Assembly (NCBI GenBank): GCA_963815515.1
Contig: CAWFGP010000001.1
Location: 999,848-1,063,847, forward strand
DNA: 64,000 bases
From: an uncultured Gemmatimonadales bacterium
Lineage (GTDB): Bacteria; Gemmatimonadota; Gemmatimonadetes; Gemmatimonadales; GWC2-71-9
Direction of reading: 5' to 3'
Shown here: in pieces, positions 1 through 8,674 of the stretch
How positions within the stretch are numbered: position 1 is the first letter of the stretch
Layout: each line of letters starts with the position of its first letter
Position numbers and translations under genes: made by a program
The notes under the pieces: model-generated
The model's input: the letters and a program-made list of their open reading frames with translations, nothing else
Databases searched by the model: none
Told to the model about the DNA's origin: nothing

Positions 1-1592
1 TTGAGATCGAAGATGCCGCTGGAAAACTTGCGCAGGAACTTCGACCGGATCGTCGCGGTCGTCAGCGAGTGCGTCGGCGGCACGCCGTCGACCGTCCCGT
101 CGAGCGGATCGCTGTACCAGCTCTGGATGGTGATCCACCCGACCGGCGAGACCCGCCCGCTCAGCGTGAGCCAGTTCGCTTCGGGCGAAGGGGCCAGCGC
201 CGCGATCCGGATGAACTCGGCGTAGGCCGAGGGATCGAACGCCGACGTCCGGGCGTACCCGATCTGCAGCCCGAGCCGCGAGCGGCTCCAGCCGAGCTGC
301 GCCTCGAAGTCGCGCAGCTTCTGCGCGGTGTCCGCCAGGATGGAGGGCGCGGCGACCAGATCTCCCAGGCGCGCCGTGCCCGTCAGGGCGAGCCCATGCA
401 CCGGGTGCAGGCCCGCTGCCAGCGTCACATACTTGCTCGACCGGCCGCCATCGTGATGCTGCAGCACGGCCTCCGCGCTCGCGGCGAACTGCGTCACCGG
501 CGACCAGCCGACCGTCCCGCGCAGGTCGAGCGGCGTCCAGCGCGTGCGGTGAAAGCCCGAGGCACCGACCGAGAAGGCCGGCGCCCGGTACGACAGGATG
601 CCGCCGATTTGGTTGATCTGCTGGTCCAATCCTGCGCCGTCCCAGGCCGAGCGGGCGTAGATCACGTCGAGCCCGCTGCCGGTCCCGTCCCCGCGCGAGC
701 GCAGGGCGAGTCGAAACTGCGCGTCGGTGCGGGTCGCGCTGAACCCGAGGCCGATCGTGTCGCTCAGCGTCACGTCCGCGATCGTGAAGGCCCGGCGCTT
801 GGGGCGGGAGCGGACGACCTGGTACTGGATCCCGAATTTGGGAGACGGGACCCAGCCGCCCTGCCCGAAGACCTGCGTGTTGGAATAGCCGCTGCTGGAC
901 CCGCTTGCGGTCGGCGAGCTGAGATAGTCGGCGGCCACCGCGAAGCCCAGCCCCGAGGGAAAGCGGCGCTCGAGCGAGCCCTCGTAGCGGGCGAAGTTGC
1001 GGTCGCCGCGCGCGATCGCGATCCGCGAGCGCGGGGCAAGCCGGTCCTGCCGCCGAGTGAACAGGTACACCCGGATCTGGCCGGGCCAGCGCTCGACCTC
1101 GACCCGGTCGAGGAAGCTCACGGAGAACAGCGCCGGATCCACCGCTACGCTGTCCACGCCGGCGGCCACGAACGGCACGCCGTCGAGATAGTACTCCGCG
1201 GAGGTGCCCCCGCGACCTTGAAAGGCCACCGGCTCAGGCCGGCCGGTGTACCCGCCGCGCCAGATGTAGACGCCCGGCACCTGGGCGAGCACGTCGCCTA
1301 CCGTGGCGCCGCTCAGCCATTCCATCGAGTCGCGGGTGAAGACGAGGCGGGTGAGCGCCGGCCGGGGGCCTGGCGGGGCCAGCGCCGCGAGGGCCGGCAC
1401 ACGGACCTCTTCCTGCTCGAGCGCCCGGAGGTAGCGGGCGGTGTTGTCGACGGTGTCTTCGTATTCCGCGTTCAGGGAATCGGTGGCGAGGGTGTCTTCC
1501 AGTCCCTGGGCCGCGGCGGCGCACGGGGCCAAGCCCAGGATCAGTACCAGCAACGTCACCCTGAGCGCAGCGAAGGGGCCATAACCCCGCAT
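1..1592 (-). CDS. Outer-membrane protein with TonB-dependent-receptor-like plug domain (C-terminus lies beyond left window edge)
   Basis: Not in the supplied ORF track. My reverse-strand translation from ATG at 1592-1590 is stop-free to the window edge. It begins MRGYGPFAALRVTLLVLILGLAPCAAAAQG (signal peptide), continues GDVLAQVPGVYIWRGG...FQGRGGTSAEYYLDGVPF...LDRVEVERWPG (plug-like), and then has long beta-strand-like sequence. The listed + strand 524-aa Arg-rich ORF is its antisense shadow. Confidence 0.75.
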   Translation of the reverse strand, partial: MRGYGPFAALRVTLLVLILGLAPCAAAAQGLEDTLATDSLNAEYEDTVDNTARYLRALEQEEVRVPALAALAPPGPRPALTRLVFTRDSMEWLSGATVGDVLAQVPGVYIWRGGYTGRPEPVAFQGRGGTSAEYYLDGVPFVAAGVDSVAVDPALFSVSFLDRVEVERWPGQIRVYLFTRRQDRLAPRSRIAIARGDRNFARYEGSLERRFPSGLGFAVAADYLSSPTASGSSSGYSNTQVFGQGGWVPSPKFGIQYQVVRSRPKRRAFTIADVTLSDTIGLGFSATRTDAQFRLALRSRGDGTGSGLDVIYARSAWDGAGLDQQINQIGGILSYRAPAFSVGASGFHRTRWTPLDLRGTVGWSPVTQFAASAEAVLQHHDGGRSSKYVTLAAGLHPVHGLALTGTARLGDLVAAPSILADTAQKLRDFEAQLGWSRSRLGLQIGYARTSAFDPSAYAEFIRIAALAPSPEANWLTLSGRVSPVGWITIQSWYSDPLDGTVDGVPPTHSLTTATIRSKFLRKFSSGIFDL

Positions 1593-1663
1593 GGCCCCCT
1601 TCACTGCGTTCAGGGTGACTCGGAGGACGCCCGCCTCGCATGACCCCCGCCGTGGCGGCGCGT

Positions 1664-3160
1664 TCAGCGTGCCCTCGCGCCCTGCCGGCTCAACACGAAC
1701 TCGCTGAAGAGCCGCACGCCCACGCCGGTGGGACCCTTCACCCGGGTCGCGTCCTCCCGCTCGGTGTACGCGGTGCCGGCGATGTCGAGGTGCGCCCACG
1801 GAAAGCCGTCGACGAACTCCCGGAGGAACCACCCCGCGGAGATGCTGCCGGCCGGCCGCCCGCCCGCGTTCTTCACGTCGGCGATGTCCGACTTCATGAG
1901 ATCGCGGTACTCGTCCCAGAGCGGCAGTGGCCAGACCCGTTCACCCGAGCGCTCGCCGGCGGAGCGGACGTCCTCGACAAGGCTGTCGTCGGTCCCCATG
2001 ACGCCACTGGCGGTGTGCCCCAGCGCGACGACGATCGCGCCGGTGAGCGTGGCGATGTCGAGCACGCAGGCCGGATCGTAGCGGCGGGCGTACGTGAGCG
2101 CGTCGCAGAGGATGAGACGGCCTTCGGCGTCGGTGTTGATGATCTCGATCGTCTGGCCGGAGAGGCTGGTGACGACGTCACCCGGCTTGACCGCGGTGCC
2201 CGAGGGCATGTTCTCGGTGCTCGGAATCAGGCCCACCACGTGCACGGCGGGCTTGAGACGCCCGAGCGTCTCGAACGTGCCGAGCACGGCGGCGGCGCCG
2301 GACATGTCGTACTTCATGTCTTCCATGTTCTGCGCCGGCTTGATGGAGATGCCGCCGGTGTCGAACGTGACGCCCTTCCCGACGAGGACGACCGGCGCGC
2401 CGGGCGCGCCCTCGTACTCCAGCGCGATGAAGCGCGGCTCCTCCGCACTCCCCTGCGCCACGGCCATGAGCGCACCCATGCCTTCGCGCACGATCGCCGC
2501 CTTGTCGAGCACCGTGACCCCGAAGCCGTGGCGCGCCGCGATCTCCTCCGCGGTCCGGGCCACGTAGCTCGGCGTGCACACGTTGCCCGGCAGCACCTGG
2601 ATGCCGCGCGCGAGCGTCTGTCCGGCCCCGATGGCGGCGCCGACCCGGTGGCCGGCCAGGAACGCTTCGGTCCCGCCGGGCGCGAGCACGTCGATCCGCT
2701 CGAGCGCTGGCTTCTTCTCCTCGGGCGGGCGCTTCATCTCGTTGTACTGCCAGGCACCCTGCGCGAGCCCCTCGGCGATCGCCTGGCCCGCGTCGGAGGC
2801 CGCGAGTCCGCCGAGGGCCTCGGGGGCGAGGTAGAACGCGGCACGCGGCACGCCGAGCCCACGCGCCCGCTTGGCGGCCACGGACGCGGCACGGCGGATG
2901 CCGGTGCGCGAAGTCTCATCCGGCTTCCCCATCCCGAGCAGCAGCACGCGGGACGCGGGCCCCGGCGGATAGATCAGCGCGGTCTCGTCCTTCTTCCCGC
3001 TGAAGTCGCCCGCGGCGAAGAGCCGGCCGATCGCGCCGCCGGTGGCCTGGTCCAGCGCCGAGAGCGAGGGCGGCAGCGCGCCCTTCGCCACGGCGATCGC
3101 GAGCAGCGGGGTCTCGAAGCCGGCCGGAGCGGCGGGGAGAACGGCGGTCTCGAACGGCAT
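1664..3160 (-). CDS. pepA: Leucyl aminopeptidase, M17 family
   Basis: Carries M17 signatures VTFDTGGISIKP and NTDAEGRLILCDALTYA, plus LDIATLTGA. I prefer the start at MPFETAVLPAAP (ATG 3160-3158). The track start at 3343 adds a Pro/Arg-rich non-native extension. Confidence 0.95.
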   Translation of the reverse strand: MPFETAVLPAAPAGFETPLLAIAVAKGALPPSLSALDQATGGAIGRLFAAGDFSGKKDETALIYPPGPASRVLLLGMGKPDETSRTGIRRAASVAAKRARGLGVPRAAFYLAPEALGGLAASDAGQAIAEGLAQGAWQYNEMKRPPEEKKPALERIDVLAPGGTEAFLAGHRVGAAIGAGQTLARGIQVLPGNVCTPSYVARTAEEIAARHGFGVTVLDKAAIVREGMGALMAVAQGSAEEPRFIALEYEGAPGAPVVLVGKGVTFDTGGISIKPAQNMEDMKYDMSGAAAVLGTFETLGRLKPAVHVVGLIPSTENMPSGTAVKPGDVVTSLSGQTIEIINTDAEGRLILCDALTYARRYDPACVLDIATLTGAIVVALGHTASGVMGTDDSLVEDVRSAGERSGERVWPLPLWDEYRDLMKSDIADVKNAGGRPAGSISAGWFLREFVDGFPWAHLDIAGTAYTEREDATRVKGPTGVGVRLFSEFVLSRQGARAR

Positions 3161-3252
3161 AAACCCTGAAACGAGAGTGTGATGGGATCGCGCCCACGGC
3201 ATGTGGTGCGCGGACGGGAAGCTAGTCGGGACGGGCGGGTGGCGGCAACGGC

Positions 3253-3288
3253 GGGTGGGCCGGGTGGGTGGGTGCGTGGGTGGGTGGG
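3253..3288 (+). other. G-quadruplex-forming tract (eight GGG runs, mostly 1-nt loops)
   Basis: The sequence reads GGGtGGGccGGGtGGGtGGGtgcgtGGGtGGGtGGG. Three more GGG runs occur from 3228. The tract is intergenic, 93-128 nt upstream of the pepA start on the template strand. Confidence 0.6.
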
Positions 3289-3372
3289 CGATGGCGGTAG
3301 CACGTTCCCCTGAGCGAAGCGAAGGGGGCACGACCAGACGCATGCTCCCTTCGCTGCCTCGAGAGGTGAGCC

Positions 3373-4452
3373 CTACTCGAGGAACCGCGCCACGGCGTCG
3401 GCGACGCGGTCGGCGGCGGTGCCGTCACCGTAGGCGTCCGGGACCCATGCGGCCGACGCTCGACGCCGGCACTGTTCGCCGACCACGGCAGCCAGCGATC
3501 CGGGCGCCGCGTGAGCGGGCACCAGGGCATTGGCTCCGGCGGACACCGTTTCCACCCACTCCGTCTCTTCCCTGATGGTCACGCACGGGGTACCCAGCCA
3601 ATACGCCTCGCGCTGGAGCCCCCCTGAATCCGTGATCACGACCGCCGCGTCTCGGACAGCGGCGATCATGTCGAGGTAGCCCAAGGGTGGGCTGATCGTG
3701 ACGCTCGGCGGGAGAGAGCTGAGCAGGCCGAAGCGCTGGAGGGCATCACGAGTGCGCGGGTGCAGCGGCAGCTGCACGGGAATGCCCAGGTCGCCGAGCG
3801 CGGCGAGCAGCGCGGCCAACGCCGCGGGGTCCGAGGTGAGCGCGGCCCGGTGCGCCGTTGCGAGGGCGAACGGTTGCCGGCTCGAGGGCGGCGGAGCGAG
3901 CCGGAGGTGCCGCCCCAGCACGTCACGAGCGACGTCCCCGGTAATGCAAACCTCCCCCGGCGCATGCTCCGTGCGGAGCCGCTCGGCCGCGGCTGCGGAG
4001 GGCGCGCACAGTAGGTGAGACAACACGTCCACCACGCGCCGATTGGCCTCCTCGGGAAGGTCGGGCTCGCTCGAGCGAAGCCCAGCCTCGACGTGGACCA
4101 GAGGGATGCCCTCCTTGTTGGCCGCGAGCGCGCAGCCGAGCGTGCTGGTGGTATCGCCGATCACGATCACAGCGGATGGCTGTCGGACGCGGAGGATGTC
4201 GGCGGTCCGGGTCATCACGTCGGCAGCCTGCAGAACCGGCGCGTTGGATCCGACTTCCAGGAAGTGATCCGGGCGAGGTATGCCCAGCTGCTCGTACAGC
4301 AGACCGTTGAGCTCGAAGTCGTAGTGCTGGCCGGTATCGATGGCGATGACGGGCCACCGCGCGCGAAGCGCATGGAGCAGCACCGAGGCCTTGACCACCT
4401 GCGGGCGGGTGCCGTAGCAGAGCGCGAGCCCAGCCTCTCGTGGCGGTCTCAC
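3373..4452 (-). CDS. wecB: UDP-N-acetylglucosamine 2-epimerase (non-hydrolysing) family
   Basis: GTRPQVVKASVLL...IDTGQHYD...VIVIGDTTSTLGCALAA...IPLVHVEAGLRS...PEEANRR are typical WecB/MnaA family motifs. GTG start at 4452. Confidence 0.85.
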   Translation of the reverse strand: MRPPREAGLALCYGTRPQVVKASVLLHALRARWPVIAIDTGQHYDFELNGLLYEQLGIPRPDHFLEVGSNAPVLQAADVMTRTADILRVRQPSAVIVIGDTTSTLGCALAANKEGIPLVHVEAGLRSSEPDLPEEANRRVVDVLSHLLCAPSAAAAERLRTEHAPGEVCITGDVARDVLGRHLRLAPPPSSRQPFALATAHRAALTSDPAALAALLAALGDLGIPVQLPLHPRTRDALQRFGLLSSLPPSVTISPPLGYLDMIAAVRDAAVVITDSGGLQREAYWLGTPCVTIREETEWVETVSAGANALVPAHAAPGSLAAVVGEQCRRRASAAWVPDAYGDGTAADRVADAVARFLE

Positions 4453-4484
4453 CCGCGGGGCTTCCTGCCTGTTAGACTTAGGGG

Positions 4485-5306
4485 ATGCAATACTCCAGGC
4501 GAAATTTCCTTATCACTGCGGCCGGCGCCTGTGCTGCCGTGGTGGGCGGCGATGCGTTTGTCGTCGAGCCGGCAAGGGTACTGGTGAGCCGGCACGAGGT
4601 ACCCGTTCCCGGGCTCGCACGCGCGTTCGACGGGATGAGGCTGGCACAGGTGACGGACGTTCATTTCCCGGGCAATATGGCGGCGGCGCAAGCCGCGCTC
4701 GCCCATCTGCAGCGCGAGAAGCCCGAGATCGTGGTGATAACCGGGGACATGACCGAGCATGCCGAAGCGCTGGCCTTGGTGGCGGCGTTCGCTCGCGAGG
4801 CCCGAGGCAGTCTTGCGACCGTCGCCACGCTGGGCAACTGGGAGTATATAGCCCACGCCGCGTCGCGGGCGGCGGCCGTCTACCGGAGTGTCGGGGTGGA
4901 GCTGCTCGTGAACGCCCATCGGGACATCCGTGTCGGCGATTCCTCGCTCGTGCTCGTGGGACTCGACGACCCCGTGCTGGGTCGTCCGGACCTCCTTGGC
5001 GCGCGGGCCGGCCTGCCCGCGGACCGCTCGGAAATCTGGCTGGTCCATGCACCAGGGTTCGCGTCGCATCCGCCGCAGGTGGCCAGCATCCCGGCCTTCA
5101 TTCTCTCCGGCCATACCCACGGCGGGCAGATCAGACTGCCCTTCCTGCCGGCGTACACGCCCGGAGGATCAGGCCGCTTCGTCGCGGGCTGGTACACGGA
5201 TACCTTCGCGCCCCTCTACGTCTCGCGCGGGATCGGCACCACGACCATCCCGGCGAGGTTCGGCTGCCCACCCGAACTCCCCATCTTCACGCTGCGGCGA
5301 GCCTAG
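4485..5306 (+). CDS. Metallophosphoesterase (YaeI-like) with twin-arginine signal
   Basis: N-terminus MQYSRRNFLITAAGACAAVVGG is a Tat motif. Calcineurin-like motifs are VTDVHF, ITGDM, GNWE and SGHTHGGQIRLP. Confidence 0.85.
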   Translation: MQYSRRNFLITAAGACAAVVGGDAFVVEPARVLVSRHEVPVPGLARAFDGMRLAQVTDVHFPGNMAAAQAALAHLQREKPEIVVITGDMTEHAEALALVAAFAREARGSLATVATLGNWEYIAHAASRAAAVYRSVGVELLVNAHRDIRVGDSSLVLVGLDDPVLGRPDLLGARAGLPADRSEIWLVHAPGFASHPPQVASIPAFILSGHTHGGQIRLPFLPAYTPGGSGRFVAGWYTDTFAPLYVSRGIGTTTIPARFGCPPELPIFTLRRA

Positions 5307-5431
5307 GGGCACCCCAGCTTCGCCACCCACCGCTTGTCGTCGAGCCCGCTCTCGGCCCGAACTCGCGCCCGCAAGCCAGTCAATCTTGGTTTGCCAGCCG
5401 CCGATCTGAGTCGTACGTTCAGCCCAAACCA

Positions 5432-6700
5432 ATGAGCCAAATCAACCGCCGGCGACTCATGCTGCCTATGGCGGCCTTGCTCTATCTTGGAGCCGTGGCC
5501 TTCGCCCTCGCCCGGGTGTTCATACTGAGCAGCGCGGGTCACATGCGCCTCAACGCCAGTTGGGTCATGCTCGACTTTTACAGCAACCAATACTACCCGG
5601 TGCGGGCGCTGCTCGATGGAGTTAATCCCCACAACGCGACTCGGTTAATGGCCCTGTATCCGGCCTCCCACGGGTATCTGCCCTACGCGCCGATGAACCT
5701 CGTGCTGCATCTGCCCTTCGGACTTCTTCCCCCGGTCCCGGCCGGAATCGCTTATTTCGTTCTCACTGCCCTGCTCACGATTGCCCTTGCCCATTTCGCG
5801 CTTCGCCTGGCCGGCGTCAGAGCAGATAATGGGCGTGCCCTCCTGGTAGCTGCGGTGATTCTGTTCAGTCGTCCTGGCCAGTGGGCGCTGCTGCTCGGCC
5901 AACTGGCCATCCTGCTAACGCTGGTGACCTACTCCATTTTGCTCGACCACTCGCGGTCTCCGCTCCATAACGGGCTTGGCCTGCTCGTGGCCCTCATCAA
6001 GGTGACCTTCGGGGTCCCCCTGGCAATACTCCTTTGGGCTGACCGTCGCCGCCGAGACGTGGTGGTAGGCGTCGCCCTGGCGGCTCTGGTCAACCTGCCA
6101 TTGCTCATCCTCTTTGTCAGTTGGGAAGGCGGGCTCGAACCCTTCATTCGAGCTGTGCGGGTCGGCTTCCTGACCTGGGAGGATCGTGCCGACACCAGCT
6201 TCACCCGAGTCGATGTCACGAGCCTGATCAGCCGCTTCCTGGGATCGCCCCTGCCTGCTGCGGTACAGGCGCTGCTGAGCATGGTCCTGGTCTCGGGGGC
6301 CGCAGCTGTCATCTATCTTCTTGCCAAACACCGCACGAGGGCTGCCGGCGATCTGGCAGTCGGCATCATTTGTACCACTACATGTCTCGTGGGATACCAC
6401 CTCGAGTACGACCTCGTTCTGCTCGTAGCGCCCTTCCTGGCCGTGGCCGCCAGGGGGGCCCCCGGAACGTCCAGCCGCATCTTGCGCTGGGCAGCTCTCG
6501 GCCTCTTCACGATACCGGCGATGAATTGGGCAGCCAGTAACGCCGTCATGGAGGTCTGGCACCCTCCGCACGCCCTTTGGCTGTTGGTGAGTTCCGCTGA
6601 TGGCTTGTGTCTGGCTGTCCTGTTCGCCGGGTATCTGTCGCTTGGGCTTCGATACCATCTCCACGCCTCGACCACCTCGGCATTGGCCACACAGGAATAG
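5432..6700 (+). CDS. Polytopic membrane glycosyltransferase, GT-C fold (DUF2029-like)
   Basis: About 10 hydrophobic segments. An acidic first-loop motif WVMLDFY follows TM1. It is a clear paralog of 17296-18570, sharing AFALARV, LLHLPF, YFxLTALLT, SRPGxWxLLLGQ and VGYHxxYDLVLL. Confidence 0.7.
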   Translation: MSQINRRRLMLPMAALLYLGAVAFALARVFILSSAGHMRLNASWVMLDFYSNQYYPVRALLDGVNPHNATRLMALYPASHGYLPYAPMNLVLHLPFGLLPPVPAGIAYFVLTALLTIALAHFALRLAGVRADNGRALLVAAVILFSRPGQWALLLGQLAILLTLVTYSILLDHSRSPLHNGLGLLVALIKVTFGVPLAILLWADRRRRDVVVGVALAALVNLPLLILFVSWEGGLEPFIRAVRVGFLTWEDRADTSFTRVDVTSLISRFLGSPLPAAVQALLSMVLVSGAAAVIYLLAKHRTRAAGDLAVGIICTTTCLVGYHLEYDLVLLVAPFLAVAARGAPGTSSRILRWAALGLFTIPAMNWAASNAVMEVWHPPHALWLLVSSADGLCLAVLFAGYLSLGLRYHLHASTTSALATQE

Positions 6701-6728
6701 CTGGCAACAGTGCTCAGTGAACAGAGCT

Positions 6729-6756
6729 CCGCCGGTGTGCTTTACACGAGCGGCGG
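6729..6756. terminator. Imperfect GC-rich hairpin between convergent genes
   Basis: ccgccggtgt ... acacgagcggcgg lies between the stop of 5432-6700 (+) and the stop of 6775-7368 (-). It has an internal bulge and no U-tract. Confidence 0.25.
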
Positions 6757-6774
6757 TCAGGGCCGTCGCGTCCT

Positions 6775-7368
6775 TCAGGGCATCTCCCTCGCGCGCTGCT
6801 GCTGGCGGATCCAGCCCGCGAACTGCACCAGGAAGCTGGCCACGAACACGCGGGTGCCTTCATCCATTAATCGCCCCGTGCTGTCGAATTTGTCCTGCGC
6901 GCGGCCCACTAGCACCTCCGGGCGGAGCATCGCCGGCGTGTTCGTCAGCACGAAAGCCTGGCGCAGCTGCGACTGGCCCCGGGCCGTGCCGGCGAGCCCG
7001 GTGGACGCGCCCATGAGCGCGGTGGGCTTCCCGTCGAGCACGCTCTCCCGGAGCGGCTGGGACAGCCAATCGATGGCGTTCTTCATGACGCCGGGCACGC
7101 CGTGATTGTACTCCGGTGTGACCAGCAGCAGGCCGTCGGCCGACAGGACGGCCTGGCGGAGCCTGGCGACGCTCTCCGGCGGACACCCTACGTCCAGGTC
7201 CGCATTGAACATGGGCAGGTCATCGAGCTCCTCGATCTCTATGCGCAGGGACGGCGGCGTGAGTTGCTGCGCCGCGCACAGCAGGGCCCGGTTGTACGAC
7301 ATCCGGCGCAGGCTGCCTGCGATCCCGATGACCCGAAGCACGTCACCCTGCACCAACGGTTCGGTCAC
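6775..7368 (-). CDS. NAD(P)H-dependent FMN reductase (flavodoxin-like fold, ChrR/YieF-like)
   Basis: IGIAGSLRRMSYNRALL...LLLVTPEYNHGVPGVMKNAIDWLS...GKPTALMGASTG. The GTG start is preceded by GGAAGGAG. It lies 16 nt downstream of the upstream gene's stop. Confidence 0.85.
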   Translation of the reverse strand: MTEPLVQGDVLRVIGIAGSLRRMSYNRALLCAAQQLTPPSLRIEIEELDDLPMFNADLDVGCPPESVARLRQAVLSADGLLLVTPEYNHGVPGVMKNAIDWLSQPLRESVLDGKPTALMGASTGLAGTARGQSQLRQAFVLTNTPAMLRPEVLVGRAQDKFDSTGRLMDEGTRVFVASFLVQFAGWIRQQQRAREMP

Positions 7369-7384
7369 GATGACTCCTTCCCGC

Positions 7385-8242
7385 TCAGCTCAGGGTGCAT
7401 ATCACGATCTCGGGATTCGCAAAAGTGCGCAGCGGCAGAACCACGCAGCCGAGACCGATGCTCACCACCAGCGTGCCGCGGTCGCCGATCCGGAACTGCC
7501 CGCGGGCATACCGCCGGGAGAGAGGGCCCTGCGGCACGACGATCGGGATGCCGCCGGGCAGCGCCAATTGGCCGCCGTGCGTGTGCCCGCACAAGGCGAG
7601 CTCGAAGCGCTCGTCACCGAGGTCGAGCAGACCGGACGGCGCGTGCATGAGCACTATCCGGACGCCATCTGCTCCGCGGAACGTGGCTGCGGCGTCCGGC
7701 CGCCCAGAGCAGTAGTCGTCGAGTCCGCAGATCCAGACCCGGTCGAACGGCGCCCCGAGCCGCACATTGGCGTTCACCAGCACGCGGACCCCCGCCGCCT
7801 CCAGGCGCTCGGCCACGTAACCCGCATCCGACCAGAGATCGTGGTTGCCCAGCACTGCGAAACGCCCGAGCGGTGCCGGAATGTCGCCGAGCTCGCGCGC
7901 CAGCCAGTCGATCTCATTCGCCCGCCCGGTGACGAAGTCCCCGCCCAGCAAAAGCACGTCCGCGTTGGCTGCCCGCAGTTGCACGCACGCCGCCTTGAGG
8001 ACGCTCGCATCGGTTGTCGGTCCGGCGTGAAAGTCGGACGCGTAAGCGATCCGGAGCGGCGGCATCCCTTCGGCGCGGGTACCAACAGGGATAGCGTACC
8101 CGACCGTACGCACCGTGGGCCGGATGCCGAGTGCGCGCGCAAGCCGGACCGGCCAACCGCCGCGGTACAGGAGGACTTCCAGACGGCTGGCCGTCCGGGC
8201 GATGGCGGAGTCGGACTGACCAACTCCGCGCGGCCGTGTCAT
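7385..8242 (-). CDS. Metallophosphoesterase (YaeI-like), paralog of 4485-5306
   Basis: Motifs ASDFHAG, LLLGGDF, VLGNHDLW and CGHTHGGQLALPGG. Confidence 0.85.
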   Translation of the reverse strand: MTRPRGVGQSDSAIARTASRLEVLLYRGGWPVRLARALGIRPTVRTVGYAIPVGTRAEGMPPLRIAYASDFHAGPTTDASVLKAACVQLRAANADVLLLGGDFVTGRANEIDWLARELGDIPAPLGRFAVLGNHDLWSDAGYVAERLEAAGVRVLVNANVRLGAPFDRVWICGLDDYCSGRPDAAATFRGADGVRIVLMHAPSGLLDLGDERFELALCGHTHGGQLALPGGIPIVVPQGPLSRRYARGQFRIGDRGTLVVSIGLGCVVLPLRTFANPEIVICTLS

Positions 8243-8674
8243 GACTTCCTGCCAGGCCAGGGGCCAGTCGGATCCACGAGGTGACCGGCGATGACCTCAG
8301 TGGCGTGCTCAGTCACTTGGCTTCCACTGCTCCTGAGGCAACACGGCGAGTCGTTCGGTCACCAGCGCCGCGCACGCCCGGCCCACGACGGCGACGATGC
8401 CACAGCGGCCCGCCACGGGCACGATGGTGGGTCGGAGACGAAAACGATCGGGCTGACGATGATGAGGAAAACTGGCCCATGATAAATGATCCAGCTAGAG
8501 GCGTGCAGCATGGGCAGAAGCTGCCCACTTGCGGGCGCGTGCAGGGCCGGTAAAATGACTGGTATTCGCCGATTCGTGGCTCGCTTCGGTGGCCTCCACC
8601 ATTCTCGCCTTCCCTCGGTACCGGTGCGGGCTCGGTCCGTTGTATTGCCTCACCTGCCCAGCAACTTCGAGACC

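Noticed and set aside
69-1643. 524-aa + strand ORF (MRRRHAVDRPVER...), the longest ORF in the track at the left edge
   Set aside because: It has an Arg/Pro/Ala-dominated low-complexity composition typical of the antisense frame of a GC-rich gene. The opposite strand encodes a convincing signal-peptide/plug-domain protein.
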